A stretch of DNA of 64,000 bases from an uncultured Hormoscilla sp. Its GTDB lineage: Bacteria; Cyanobacteriota; Cyanobacteriia; Cyanobacteriales; Desertifilaceae. Positions within the stretch are counted from its first letter, which is position 1; each line of letters opens with the position of its first letter. The DNA is taken from NCBI GenBank assembly GCA_963921275.4, contig OZ001293.3:3296001-3360000 (forward strand), given 5' to 3'. The translations under genes were made by a program, and so were the position numbers. Shown here one piece after another: positions 48,648-62,093 of the stretch. Under the pieces are notes generated by a model. The model saw only the letters and a program-made list of their open reading frames with translations, was not told the origin of the DNA and searched no databases.

Positions 48648-48822
48648 ATAAACACTTCCTCTCGATTCACAACCTTACCTGCTTTTTGCGGTTGTCTAGC
48701 TCCGTCTATTAACTTTAACATAACTTCTTCTAATTTTTCCTTCTTTAACAAATCTTTACACATCATATTCTTCCTTGGCGATCGCCCCATCTTCCTGGTC
48801 GGCGGTACATTCGGAGGCGATC

Positions 48823-48955
48823 GCCCCAGACGACTGGTGAGCTGTGCCTACGAACGGCAGACAAGCACTAAAGTGCTTACTACGAACGGCCCCAGACGAC
48901 TGGTGAGCTGTGCCTACGAACGGCAGACAAGCACTAAAGTGCTTACTACGAACGG
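48823..48955 (+). repeat. 2 x 66-bp tandem repeat downstream of tRNA-Ser
   Basis: CCCAGACGACTGGTGAGCTG..AAGCACTAAAGTGCTTACTACGAACGG duplicated. Confidence 0.88.
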
Positions 48956-49021
48956 GGCGATCGCCGGCAGAGACGCCTTGCCTCGTCTAGTGTCGCTGGT
49001 GTCGCCCCTGGGATTAGAGAA

Positions 49022-49106
49022 CGGAGAGGGAGGGATTCGAACCCTCGTTAGCGTTAACTAAACAGCATTTCCAGTGCTGCGCCTTCAACCACTCGGCCAC
49101 CTCTCC
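49022..49106 (-). tRNA. tRNA-Ser(GGA)
   Basis: GGAGAGGTGGCCGAGTGG..CAGCA-CTGGAAA-TGCTG..long variable arm..GGTTCGAATCC..CTCTCCG. Confidence 0.97.
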
Positions 49107-49350
49107 AGAGAGGGTCTGATTATTTTCAGCCACTAAAATATTACTGTAGCACCAAGTCTCGCATTTTGGCAACAAATTTAAAATAAATTTGCCGCACCAA
49201 AAAGAGACCATCCCCATAAAACCTCTAAAGCCCGCGCAGACTGGTTTTGAGCGCGATCGCCTCGGAAGATCCCCCTAAATCCCCCTTTCTAAGGGAGACT
49301 TAATTTATTCCCCCCTTAGAAAGGGCGGTTAGGGGGGATCCGTGGGGCGG

Positions 49351-51195
49351 CTAAGCCGGATAAATCCGCAGACGCCGGTTAGGCTCTTCACCAAAACTAT
49401 TAGACTTGAGCCGATAATGTTCCACTAGCTCGTGCTGCATTTTGCGCACCTTCCCAGAGCGGGGTAGCAGTTCCACTGGTTGTCCCTTGGGAATCACGAT
49501 TTGCTCCACGGCCAGTCGAGCTTCTTCGAGGGCTTCAATCTCGTCATCCGTACCGCTAGCAGAAAACAGATTCAGATCCACTGGTTCCGACTCACTCAGG
49601 TCGTCCATATCCAGCAAGCGCTTGAGGGCGCGCACGATCTGCGGCACAGTATTGGACTTGAGACTGTGCAGCGGCACCTGACGGGACTTGACCATTTGCT
49701 TTAACTTGCTGTGGTTCTTGACATGCGATCGCAGGGCCAAAACTACATCGGCACTATCAATATCCTTGATCAAGACTACTGGTAATTTCAGGGTGCGGAT
49801 CACCTGTTCTAGCTGGTGACGGCTAATGCCATAGGGATAAACATGCAGGGGCCAATCTTCCCCATTCGGACCGTAAGCGCTCAAATCCGATGTCTGGTCT
49901 GGTAAAGTGTGAGCAAAGAAATCATCTTGCCCGATCGCAGATGCATCCAGCATCTGCTCGAACATCTGCTCGGAAGACAACAATGGCTCATGGGGCACCG
50001 GTTTCATCTGCCCAGATGCCCGCCAACCATTTGCTTTTGGGAACGGAACGCTCTGGGAGTTGCTTGCAATACTTTTCGTTGGGGCAGTTGATAGCTCGTG
50101 AGTAATCACAACTTTACCCGTTTCACTCACAGTTCTCACCTGGGCATTTGGTTTAATGCCTCGCAGCAAACTATCAACCGTTTCTGCCACCCGTTCGTGT
50201 ACCACCCAACGCTGCCGTTCCAGCATTTCCACAGCAATTTCAAAGGTCGGTGGTGCCTTACGCTCCAAGACAGTTTTCTGAGAACGCCTCCGTTTCGCCT
50301 CCTCATCTCCGAGAGTTACCGCCTGGATACCACCCACCAAGTCAGAAAGGGTGGGGTTTTTAATCAGGTTTTCGATCTGATTTCCGTGAGCAGTTCCCAC
50401 CAGCATCACTCCCCGTTCCGCGATCGTCCGAGCTGCCAGAGCTTCCAATTCCGTACCAATTTCATCAATCACGATCACTTCGGGCATGTGGTTTTCCACC
50501 GCTTCAATCATCACCTGATGCTGGAGTTCCGGGCGGGCGACCTGCATCCTGCGGGCGCGACCAATAGCAGGATGAGGAATATCGCCATCCCCAGCAATTT
50601 CATTAGAGGTGTCGATAATCACCACCCGCTTATCCAATTCATCCGCCAAGACCCGGGCAATTTCTCGCAGGGCAGTTGTTTTACCCACCCCAGGACGCCC
50701 TAGCATCAGAATAGATTGACCTGTTTCTACCAGGTCGCGGATCATGCCAATGGTCCCGAAGACTGCTCGACCAACTCTTAAAGTCAGACCAATAATCTCG
50801 CCATTGCGATTGCGCATAGCGCTGATCCGGTGTAGAGTTTGTTCGATCCCAGCGCGGTTATCACCGCTAAAGCTTCCCACTCGCTGGATGCAATAATTCA
50901 AATCTTCACTGCTGACCAGATGAGAGGAAATGTACTCCGCAGAGGCGGGGAATCGGGCCTCTGGGAGTCGGCCCATATCCAAAACCACCTCAATCAAACT
51001 ATCCCGCGATTCGTGTTTCTCCAGCTGATGCCGGATTGACTCTGGCAGGATTTCTAGCAACTTATTCAGATCGTCCGTAATCTGCATGCGATCGACAGTA
51101 ATGTCTGCAACCTCTGGCGATTCAAGTGAGAGCTGGTGCTCGGTCCGCGGACGGCCCGAAAAATCGGAACTGTTGATAATTTTCAGATTCACCAT
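49351..51195 (-). CDS. Ycf45/SpoIIIAA-like AAA ATPase with R3H domain (start may be at 51087)
   Basis: GRPGVGKTT, DTSNEIAGDG, IDEIG, C-terminal RKMQHELV. Confidence 0.9.
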   Translation of the reverse strand: MVNLKIINSSDFSGRPRTEHQLSLESPEVADITVDRMQITDDLNKLLEILPESIRHQLEKHESRDSLIEVVLDMGRLPEARFPASAEYISSHLVSSEDLNYCIQRVGSFSGDNRAGIEQTLHRISAMRNRNGEIIGLTLRVGRAVFGTIGMIRDLVETGQSILMLGRPGVGKTTALREIARVLADELDKRVVIIDTSNEIAGDGDIPHPAIGRARRMQVARPELQHQVMIEAVENHMPEVIVIDEIGTELEALAARTIAERGVMLVGTAHGNQIENLIKNPTLSDLVGGIQAVTLGDEEAKRRRSQKTVLERKAPPTFEIAVEMLERQRWVVHERVAETVDSLLRGIKPNAQVRTVSETGKVVITHELSTAPTKSIASNSQSVPFPKANGWRASGQMKPVPHEPLLSSEQMFEQMLDASAIGQDDFFAHTLPDQTSDLSAYGPNGEDWPLHVYPYGISRHQLEQVIRTLKLPVVLIKDIDSADVVLALRSHVKNHSKLKQMVKSRQVPLHSLKSNTVPQIVRALKRLLDMDDLSESEPVDLNLFSASGTDDEIEALEEARLAVEQIVIPKGQPVELLPRSGKVRKMQHELVEHYRLKSNSFGEEPNRRLRIYPA

Positions 51196-51255
51196 ATTGA
51201 CGTTAGCTCAAGACTTTGTGGGACAGCAAAGGGTAGGCAGAAGTAGATGCACAGA

Positions 51256-51383
51256 GTCTAACCCCGTGCTATAAATGGGAGGTTTCAAGGACTTTCATAG
51301 GCGATTTCAGTTGAACAACGTCTAACCCCATGCTATAAATGGGAGGTTTCAAGGACTTTCATAGGCGATTTCAGTTGAACAAC
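51256..51383. repeat. 64-bp tandem duplication spanning the ldpA 3' end
   Basis: 51256-51319 nearly equals 51320-51383. Confidence 0.9.
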
Positions 51384-52439
51384 TAATGAATGAGCAACGG
51401 CAACTGCTTGCCAGAGAAGTTCTGGCAATGATTCCAAGCGTGGGGGCTCATAATTCTGTTCCAGCTTTGTTTCTAGCTGGTCTATAATTGGCGATAGCAA
51501 GACCCGGGCATAGCTTCCGTAGCCAACTCCAGCAACTTGAGATAGGAGTCCAGCTGACCTAAGTTTGCTAACCGTGTAGTGGTTAGTCCCTCCAGCTAAC
51601 TGGACATAGCCCGGTAATCCTGCTGCTATGACTTTTTGAGCTAATTTAATTGTGGCGTGAGTCGTTCCCGCGCCGATATCGCCACTCATAGGACGCCCGT
51701 CTGTTTGCCAGATTAGCTGACAGGGCAGGAGCTGGATTATTTGATATAATGACCGCAAATAATCGATGAGATCAGCACCATCTGGGCAGCTAATTGCTAC
51801 TAGCTGCAACTTGTCCGCCCAAGGTGCTATTGCTTGCCACAGGCGGCGAAAATCTGCTAGATGTCCTACCTGAGTGTGAATTTCGATCGCATCTATGCCT
51901 GTTTCTAGTAATAGAGGCGCGATCGCCTGGGGGGTATATATATAAGAACGAGTAAATATTAGCTGACTGGGACATACGGGCAGACAGCGACCGCATCCAT
52001 AGCAGCGTCGGTCTATAACTCCTGAAAAGCTATCTTTTTTAAAGGCGATCGCCTCTGTTGGACAAACCCCTTCGCAGGGACGGGGGCAGTCCGGAGGACA
52101 GACAGCGGGGTTAAATTCTGCCTTGCGGAAATGAGGGTCTTCTCCATCATTGAGACTCACCATCAACAGGGGCGGACTGGCACAACTGGCAAAGCCTCGC
52201 TGTTGAGCCGCCTGACTGAGAGACTGGGCCACCTGAAGAGCATCTTGAGCTGCGGCCACCACAGCGGGGTCAGCCGCCACATCAATACAGTCAGCACCGG
52301 CAAGGGTATAAGCTAACACGAGACTTCTCACAGCCGTCCTGTCTTGGAAGCTGGCTCCACAAATCAGCTTGAACCAGTGTCCCTGCCTGAGGGAGTGTAA
52401 GGGATGGTACAGATAAGTCACCCTTATATCGTAATACAT
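51333..52439 (-). CDS. ldpA: circadian input Fe-S protein LdpA
   Basis: WFKLICGAS, DPHFRKA, CPPDCPRPCEGVCP, CYGCGRCLPVCP, WQTDGRPMSGDIG. Confidence 0.93.
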   Translation of the reverse strand: MYYDIRVTYLYHPLHSLRQGHWFKLICGASFQDRTAVRSLVLAYTLAGADCIDVAADPAVVAAAQDALQVAQSLSQAAQQRGFASCASPPLLMVSLNDGEDPHFRKAEFNPAVCPPDCPRPCEGVCPTEAIAFKKDSFSGVIDRRCYGCGRCLPVCPSQLIFTRSYIYTPQAIAPLLLETGIDAIEIHTQVGHLADFRRLWQAIAPWADKLQLVAISCPDGADLIDYLRSLYQIIQLLPCQLIWQTDGRPMSGDIGAGTTHATIKLAQKVIAAGLPGYVQLAGGTNHYTVSKLRSAGLLSQVAGVGYGSYARVLLSPIIDQLETKLEQNYEPPRLESLPELLWQAVAVAHSLVVQLKSPMKVLETSHL

Positions 52440-52631
52440 TACTACTCAAATGAGTAGGTCTAGAACTATTTTACTTTAGGAAGTCATCTGTGGCATGAAT
52501 TCTTATAGGAAAATACTTTCAGCACTTTTAGCCCTGGGATCCCCCGTGACAGCTATACATATACTACATCAGCAGGGGATCGGCTAACATTCTTTACGTA
52601 GAACAGTATATCCGCCTGTACTACGTAAAGA

Positions 52632-53108
52632 TTAAGCTGCAAGCAAGCTATCTTTCAGGGGTTGCCAGCGAAAGAAGCGATCGCCTCCCATCTCCACCAC
52701 TACCTTGAGTTTTGGTTCGGTAGCGGGCAAAATCGTCAAATACTCAATCTCACCGGAGGAAAGTATCTGCCCTTCCAGGATCCACAGCACCAGTCCTTTC
52801 GAGTCGGGAGGCAGTTGCTCCAGTTGGGTATTCACCACCGGCGGTAGGTAATACACGTAACCGACTGCGGCTTCATTTCCGATCGTCTTTTTACCCAGGT
52901 GAGCGGGGCGAACCCCGTGAACCCCAGTCAAATACATGGGCAAATCTCCCAGTCCCCGGGCGGTGATCGAGAGCCCCACATAGCCTGCGGCCCTGATGCG
53001 CCGCAAGTAGCGTCCTTCATGTCCGCCCTCTAGAGGTGCATACACCGCCAGAGCACCGTTTTTCTCCAAGTCCCGTATCAGTTTCTTGCCATTCGCGATC
53101 AGTGCCAT
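52632..53108 (-). CDS. ndhN: NDH-1 subunit N
   Basis: MALI..LEKNGALAVYAPLEGGHEGRYLRR..GVRPAHLGK. Confidence 0.96.
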   Translation of the reverse strand: MALIANGKKLIRDLEKNGALAVYAPLEGGHEGRYLRRIRAAGYVGLSITARGLGDLPMYLTGVHGVRPAHLGKKTIGNEAAVGYVYYLPPVVNTQLEQLPPDSKGLVLWILEGQILSSGEIEYLTILPATEPKLKVVVEMGGDRFFRWQPLKDSLLAA

Positions 53109-53482
53109 AATTTGCTTGTTGGGTAATGGTTAATTGTTAATGGTAGGGTGGGCACCGCCGGCACCGCCCACCGCTGGAGGTCTTTAACTACGAACTATTA
53201 TCCACGAACAAACGATAATCTGGGTAGACCTGACTCTACAGCGTCGCCATAAATTGGGCCGTCGGGGATCAATGGGGGCTATTTTTTCTATTCCTGCGCC
53301 TCTGCGAGCACTTCCTGGACTTCCTGGTAAAGCTTTGAACTGATGCGTGCTTCTTGTGATAAAATTGCTGATTGCTCCATTTTCCATTCGCCATAGCGCT
53401 GCGCGCACTGCGTATACGCAATTAGCACTTTTTCATTCGCAAATACAACTGCAAAAGTGAGATGCTCCCAATATCTGGCTCT

Positions 53483-54118
53483 TTAGGCCAGCACTTCTAC
53501 TGTGTTGCTGGGAGTTCCTTCTCCTGCCTGATTGCAGGGGACGATCCGATAGGCTAATGCCTCTCCTGACTGGCGATGGGATAAGACAACTTCTTGGTTC
53601 CGAAGGGGGGGCTGGGCAGTATTATTGAGCGCTGTTTCCACGGTTTGCCACACTCCCAAGGTGCGATTTAATTCTTGCACCTTATAGAAAACAACTCTCC
53701 CCCCTTTACGGGATCGCTGCCAAGTTAATTTAATTGTACCAGGCGCCGTGCGAATGGCTTGAAATTGCTCAATTGGTCCGGGAAGTTCTATCCTCCTTGG
53801 TGCGGAACGTCCCGCCCAACCTATGAGTTTCAGTTTATCGTCCTCTCGTTGGGTCACGGCTTCAGCATAGTAGATGTTAGACTTGAGCAGACCAATCAAT
53901 TTTTTTAACACTTCGTTTTTTGTCGTCACCGCTTGTTCTGCGGCTGATTTGGTGGCCACCACCTGATGCTGTGCTGATTTTAATTCGTTCAGGGTGTTTT
54001 GGAGTTGATCGACGGGAATGACAGGGGCAGGATATACTTCGGTATTTGCGGTAAAACCTAAGATCGCGTTTTCTGCCAAGGTGACTATTTCTATTTCAGA
54101 CTTGGGGAAGGTTGCCAT
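53483..54118 (-). CDS. helical N-domain + fibronectin type III protein
   Basis: IKLTW..YKVQ..YRIVPCNQAGEGTPSNTV. Confidence 0.75.
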   Translation of the reverse strand: MATFPKSEIEIVTLAENAILGFTANTEVYPAPVIPVDQLQNTLNELKSAQHQVVATKSAAEQAVTTKNEVLKKLIGLLKSNIYYAEAVTQREDDKLKLIGWAGRSAPRRIELPGPIEQFQAIRTAPGTIKLTWQRSRKGGRVVFYKVQELNRTLGVWQTVETALNNTAQPPLRNQEVVLSHRQSGEALAYRIVPCNQAGEGTPSNTVEVLA

Positions 54119-54273
54119 TTTCGCTCACTTCAATTTATATTTGTCTCGTTACTCTTAGTCTAGACCGATAATACACCGATTTCTGGAAACCGGTGTAGAC
54201 AAAATCACAAGTGTCACATTATCTTAGACATTACACTGGACTATCCCTTGCTGTCAATTTGGCTTAGTGAAAT

Positions 54274-54366
54274 ATATGCTTTGCCCCAGAGCAAATATGC
54301 TTTGCCCCAGAGCAAATATGCTTTGCCCCAGAGCAAATATGCTTTGCCCCAGAGGAAATATGCTTT
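54274..54366. repeat. ~4.5 x 21-bp tandem repeat ATATGCTTTGCCCCAGAGCAA
   Basis: Direct count. Confidence 0.9.
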
Positions 54367-54750
54367 TTTCCATATTTGACTCGTTCCCGGGCGACCCCTG
54401 GGAACGCAGAACAGAGGCTTCGCCTCTTGTCACAAGGAAAGGAGCCCTATCGGTAAAGCAGATGCCACCCACGGCGAAGCTAAGAGCACCCATTGGCAGC
54501 CAGAGACTGCGTTCCGAGAGTACGAGAGTCGCACCTTAGCACGACCGGTAGTAACGGGCTTTCTGGGGAGGGAACTTGGAATACCCCCTACCTCTAATTA
54601 TCCCATAGTCGCTACCGGTGGTTTCTGGTGACGGAGGATGCTAGGTGGAAGGCAGCACGCCTGCGGTTTGCTTAACTTAAAAAAGATTTCTTTACAAAAG
54701 TTTACGCGATCGGGAGAGATTCTGGGGTTTTTTCCGCTAATATGAGTAGA

Positions 54751-54947
54751 CAATAGTCCGGACAGTTCTGGTAACGTAGCTGTAAGGCTTACAGGGTAAG
54801 TCTTTGCTCGATAGAGCAATTTTTGGCAAGTTAGCCCTGGGGCTGACATTGAAAAAATAGCGCTGCGCGCCGCTGCGCGATAAGACAAGTAGGCTGCAAC
54901 CCTTGCATTGTCGTCGTTCTGAAGTCAAAAAACTGTCCGGAGTATTG
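54751..54947. mobile_element. MITE family 3
   Basis: TIR CAATAGTCCGGACAGTT / AACTGTCCGGAGTATTG; 6-bp TSD AGTAGA; a lone similar end at 20085. Confidence 0.85.
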
Positions 54948-54986
54948 AGTAGAGTTATATCTGTATTAAAAAAGGAAGTCTCAAAA

Positions 54987-57784
<2,798 letters not shown>

Positions 57785-58259
57785 TTGTTATCAGGGATTT
57801 TATCGAGAACGATTCAGGACTGGCGGTTCCTAGTGATTTTACCGTGATCCAATTCTAGCCCCAACCCAATGGGGATAACCGCTTCAAAACCACTACCGGT
57901 CCTGGGCCTAAACCCAGAACCGGTAGTCTGGCGGTGCGGTACTTCCCAGAGTCGGATTTTCGGGGTGCATCTATGGGACGTCAAGGACAAGATCGAGTCA
58001 ATTTTGCAGGAGTTGGGGTCAACCATTGTATCTTATCCTTGACAGAAAGTTCTTCTTCTGGAGGACTTGAGGGGTGACAACAGGTGCTTTCTGCCATTTT
58101 TGCACCAGTGTATCAGCCTGATTTCACCGGTTGGCGATGCGACAGGTCTGGTACAGGCTTTCGCTCCGGCGGACACAGCTCGCAAACCTCGCAAACAAAC
58201 TGTGAGGAGCATCTATTTGTCTCTTCACCCTACAACTTATTCTCACAGACAGACCAATT

Positions 58260-59612
58260 ATGTCACGACTTAGAAATATTCAAATCTACTTGAAGACTAT
58301 CGCTCACGCACATATCAGTGGAGAAAAGGGCATTGGGTCAGACTTCAGGATTGTTACGAAGCTCGGTACTGCAGCAGCCCAAATCCTAGAAATCATGGTT
58401 CCAAAGGATACTACCAAGACTGATATTGATTTTGAGGTCTACAACGCTACCCACAGTAGGAAATCTGCAACAAACCCATTCCTATCCTTACCTCTACAAG
58501 TATCAGTTACAGAGCGCGACGAAACACCTGATATAGCCTTGGGTTCTGCGTCCTGGCAGATTAATTTAGATCGGTTCTCTACTGCAGATACACCCAATGT
58601 GTCTCAGCAAACCCAGATTGACATTCAAGTCTCCGAGCAAGTGCCAGTAAGTCTTTCCCAGCAAAAGAGCGAAAATCTAGGTTTCTTGCCAACACCCACT
58701 GCCAAAATTTCAATCACCTACGAGGCTTTCGTTACCCTCTACGAGGATCCTTGTTTCAAGACTATCTTCGACGCCGAAACTACCAAAAAATCTATTAGTA
58801 CGCCTAACAGCGAAGAAACTGTTAGTAACAGCGAAGAAACTGTTAGTAACAGCGAAGAAACTGTTAATAACAGCGAAGAAACTGTTAGAGAAGCGATTTC
58901 ACTGATTCTTGCAATTGCTAAAGAACGGAATGTAACTGGCGACCAACTCGCTTACATATTAGCCACTGCGATTGATGAATCTAGATTGGGGAATGATATG
59001 GTTGAGGGAGAGAAGGAAGGTCAAGACTATGAGAATAGTCAATTTCTGGGTAATATCAATCCCGGGGATGGTGTTAAATACAGAGGCCGAGGCTATTCTC
59101 AATTAACCGGAAGAATAGATTATAGTTACTGGACTCAACGTCTTCAAACCGAAGGTTACCTGAGCCAAGAGCAGAGCTTGGTTGAAACGCCAGAGCTTGC
59201 TACCGATCCGGAAATTGCCGCACGAATTCTAGTTGTGGGTCTCCAAGAAAACACTTTCTCTCGGTTGACACCTGTTTCGGGTTATCCGGATACCCGTTTG
59301 GCCGATTATGTAAAGGAGCGCATGTCTCAGGAGATTTCTGAGGAAGAGGCGAGGCAAGAGGCCCGAGGTGTAGCGACAGATATTCTTGCTAGCGGGAGGA
59401 CCTTTGCCGATTTTATGCCTGATTTTCCCCAACCAGAGGAAAAAGAAGAAGTTGGCCTTAGTGAAGCACAGCAGGACCAGCTTCGCCAAGGTTTTGTCAA
59501 TGCCAGGGATATAGTCAATTCAGGAGACTCAGATAAAAATAGAGCTAAGATTGCTGGTTATGCTCTCAAATATTCAAAAGCAATCAGAAAGTCGGGATGT
59601 ATCGGGAAATAA
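58260..59612 (+). CDS. protein with C-terminal GH19-like lysozyme/chitinase domain
   Basis: LAYILATAIDES, LGNINPGDGVKYRGRGYSQLTGR, ARDIVN; NSEETVS x4 linker (58806-58889). Confidence 0.75.
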   Translation: MSRLRNIQIYLKTIAHAHISGEKGIGSDFRIVTKLGTAAAQILEIMVPKDTTKTDIDFEVYNATHSRKSATNPFLSLPLQVSVTERDETPDIALGSASWQINLDRFSTADTPNVSQQTQIDIQVSEQVPVSLSQQKSENLGFLPTPTAKISITYEAFVTLYEDPCFKTIFDAETTKKSISTPNSEETVSNSEETVSNSEETVNNSEETVREAISLILAIAKERNVTGDQLAYILATAIDESRLGNDMVEGEKEGQDYENSQFLGNINPGDGVKYRGRGYSQLTGRIDYSYWTQRLQTEGYLSQEQSLVETPELATDPEIAARILVVGLQENTFSRLTPVSGYPDTRLADYVKERMSQEISEEEARQEARGVATDILASGRTFADFMPDFPQPEEKEEVGLSEAQQDQLRQGFVNARDIVNSGDSDKNRAKIAGYALKYSKAIRKSGCIGK

Positions 59613-60133
59613 GTCAAGGGCGGGATTTTCTATGGTCGAGTTGGCCAACTTGACTAGAGTCTCCAGTTTGCCTACCTTGATTCCCAGAGCGTAACGATAT
59701 CCATCTTGATCCCACATAAGATAAGCTCTGGAACATCTAGCCTGGTACGTATAGTCGGCAAAGTAGCCCGTGATATTTTGTGCCAAGGGGATGACTTCTC
59801 CTTCTAAAGGATCCTTAGACTCCGAGGCTAACTTCACTATCAAAACCCCCGGGGTGCAGACTGATTCCCCTGAACAATGTGGAGTGTACATCATGGATAT
59901 TCCATATCCTGTTGGTTCTACAAACCAGATCCTGGAGTAAAGCGGCGATTTTCCTGTATGTTCGATGACTCGTATGGGTAAGCGCAAGGGCGCAGAGATT
60001 TGTGCTTGAAGATCTTTAATTAAGGGTGCAAATATTAGATCGACTGGAGCCGTGCTCGTCGCGATTACACCGGTGTTGCCCAGTAAGGACATCATTCAAG
60101 CTTAAACGGAATCTCGATAAGATTTTGTTCGCA
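59574..60133 (-). pseudogene. secreted hypothetical protein, paralogue 2 (start GTG>GCG, signal-peptide frameshift)
   Basis: Aligns with 60016-60804 (PLRLPI, LEGEVIPLAQNITGYFAD, WDQDGYRY, ETLVKLANS). Confidence 0.65.
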
Positions 60134-60804
60134 AGCCGAATCGGATTTCCTGTTTTGAAGTTAAAGTATTCTCTAGAGATCGGCTTTAAGTCACTTAACT
60201 TGCTGATGAGGCTCTCGCCTATTCCCAAGCGATCAGAGGAGCGGGCGGGGAATGAGTCAAGGACGGAATTTTCTATGGCCGAGTTGGCCAACTTTACTAG
60301 AGTCTCCAACTCTACTAGAGTCTTCATTGTGTGTGGCCTCATTCTCAGATAGTAACGATATCCATCTTGATCCCAAATAAGACGGGCATTGGAACAGTTA
60401 TAGTGAGGCCCGATACATATAGAGTCGGCAAAGTAGCCCGTGATATTTTGTGCCAAGGGGATGACTTCCCCTTCTAAAGACTCCTGAGACTCCGAGGCTA
60501 ACTCGACAAAGAAAACGCCCTCAACGCAGACTTTCTTTATTTCGCACACTGAAAAGGCTCTCATGCGTATTCCATATCTTGTTGGTTCTGCAAACTGGAT
60601 CTTGGAGTAAATCGGCGATCGTTCTGTATGTGGGATGACTCCTATTATGGGTAAGCGCAAGGGCACCGAGGTTTCTGCTTGAAGATCTTCAATCAAGGGT
60701 GCAAATACTGGATCGACTCGAGTACAGGTAGTCGCAAGCACACTGGTGTTTGTCAGTAAGGTCAGCATCAAGCCTAAACCGAATCTCGATAAGATTTTGT
60801 TCAC
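60016..60804 (-). CDS. secreted hypothetical protein, paralogue 1
   Basis: Signal peptide MNKILSRFGLGLMLTLLTNTSVLA; ORF runs on into the 5' region of paralogue 2. Confidence 0.7.
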   Translation of the reverse strand: MNKILSRFGLGLMLTLLTNTSVLATTCTRVDPVFAPLIEDLQAETSVPLRLPIIGVIPHTERSPIYSKIQFAEPTRYGIRMRAFSVCEIKKVCVEGVFFVELASESQESLEGEVIPLAQNITGYFADSICIGPHYNCSNARLIWDQDGYRYYLRMRPHTMKTLVELETLVKLANSAIENSVLDSFPARSSDRLGIGESLISKLSDLKPISREYFNFKTGNPIRLANKILSRFRLSLNDVLTGQHRCNRDEHGSSRSNICTLN

Positions 60805-61199
60805 GATCTGATTTCCTCCTTTGAAGTTAAGGTTTCCTTCATTATAGGTCCTGAGTCATCTAATACGCTAGTCGCTTTCCTGATTTTGTACCGCCGAGAG
60901 ATCGAGTCACATCTTTGGATTTTGAAGAAATAATTTTGAATTGCGCGGAGTTGGGTCTCGCTTCCTACTTGTCAGTTTCTACTTATAATGGTATAAGATA
61001 ATCTTCGCGAACGGGCTTACCATCCAAAACGATAAGTTTTCTCGTTCCCAGGATATGCTTGGTAACGTGCATTTGAGGCTCTGCGGACAGTTACAAGTTG
61101 ATAGAACCTAGGGGTCTTGCTGATGTCACGGACGTGAGAATTGATATACCTCCGGCGATCCTTGTGGCAAAACCGATAGTAATATGTTCTATAGCAACC

Positions 61200-61362
61200 G
61201 CTGGCGCCATTTTTGCGGATCGCGCCTCGGAATGGAAAATTGAATATACTATCACTACGTCCTCTGAATAGCTATAGAAAATAGCATAGGGAAATCGCCG
61301 AACTAAAGCTCTACAGTACTCTTCATAAATCACTTGGTAGGCTTGAGGATGACGCCGGATGA
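61200..61362 (-). pseudogene. RelE/ParE toxin C-terminal fragment
   Basis: RHPQAYQVIYEEYCRALVRRFPYAIFY..VYSIFH. Confidence 0.65.
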
Positions 61363-61543
61363 CTTACAGTGGTTTTTGGTTACTGCGAGATGAGAATTGG
61401 GAATTGAGAATTGTTGATTATTTATTCATGTTCATATCGCAATTTTCTATTTGCCATTCACAATTTTCCATTAAACAAAACTGCGAGCGCACCTGGGGGT
61501 ATTTAGTGCGATCGCCTAAATAGTCCATAATACTTTTTTTAAT

Positions 61544-61744
61544 CTACCACATTCCCTGTTGCAGAGCATCAAACACGCGATTAACAAGCTGATATTCCGC
61601 CTCGCTAAGTGCATCCTTCGCTAACAGATTTGACATCAGTAACTCTTGGTCAAGGCGAGTAATCATGCGAAACTTAAATATGCGCTCAATTAGCTTTTCG
61701 ACATCAATTTTCGGTGCATCAATTTGAGCAAGCATTTTCATCAA
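61544..61744 (-). CDS. small conserved-looking cyanobacterial hypothetical protein
   Basis: VEKLIERIFKFRMITRLDQELLM..LSEAEYQLVNRVFDALQQG. Confidence 0.6.
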   Translation of the reverse strand: MMKMLAQIDAPKIDVEKLIERIFKFRMITRLDQELLMSNLLAKDALSEAEYQLVNRVFDALQQGMW

Positions 61745-61938
61745 CCACCCTCTTTATAAAAAAACTGCATGATTCTAGTATCAGCGATTTTTTCCTATTT
61801 GTGAGTGATGGAGCGCAGATCCACTTGGTGACACTTACTTAAAAATCCTATGACGATCGTCATGGACAAATTCAAAAAAATGTGGTAATAGCTGTAACGA
61901 GCGGGTAAAATGACTAGATTTTGCAACAGGTAAAACTC

Positions 61939-62080
61939 ATGGCACAAGCAAAGATTGGGATTATCGGCGGTAGCGGTCTGTACAAATGGACGTCCTCCAG
62001 GATGTAGAAGAAGTACAAGTTGACACGCCTTTCGGTCCCCCTTCTGACTCCATCATCGGAGGTACCCTCTCCGGAACAGA
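61939..62080 (+). pseudogene. mtnP: S-methyl-5'-thioadenosine phosphorylase 5' fragment
   Basis: MAQAKIGIIGGSGLYK then, after a 1-nt frameshift, MDVLQDVEEVQVDTPFGPPSD; ends abruptly. Confidence 0.8.
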
Positions 62081-62093
62081 CCACTGACCACGC

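Noticed and set aside
48823..48955. 66-bp repeat as a mini-CRISPR or att site beside tRNA-Ser
   Set aside because: The whole unit is duplicated with no spacer variation, it does not match the tRNA 3' end, and no integrase is present
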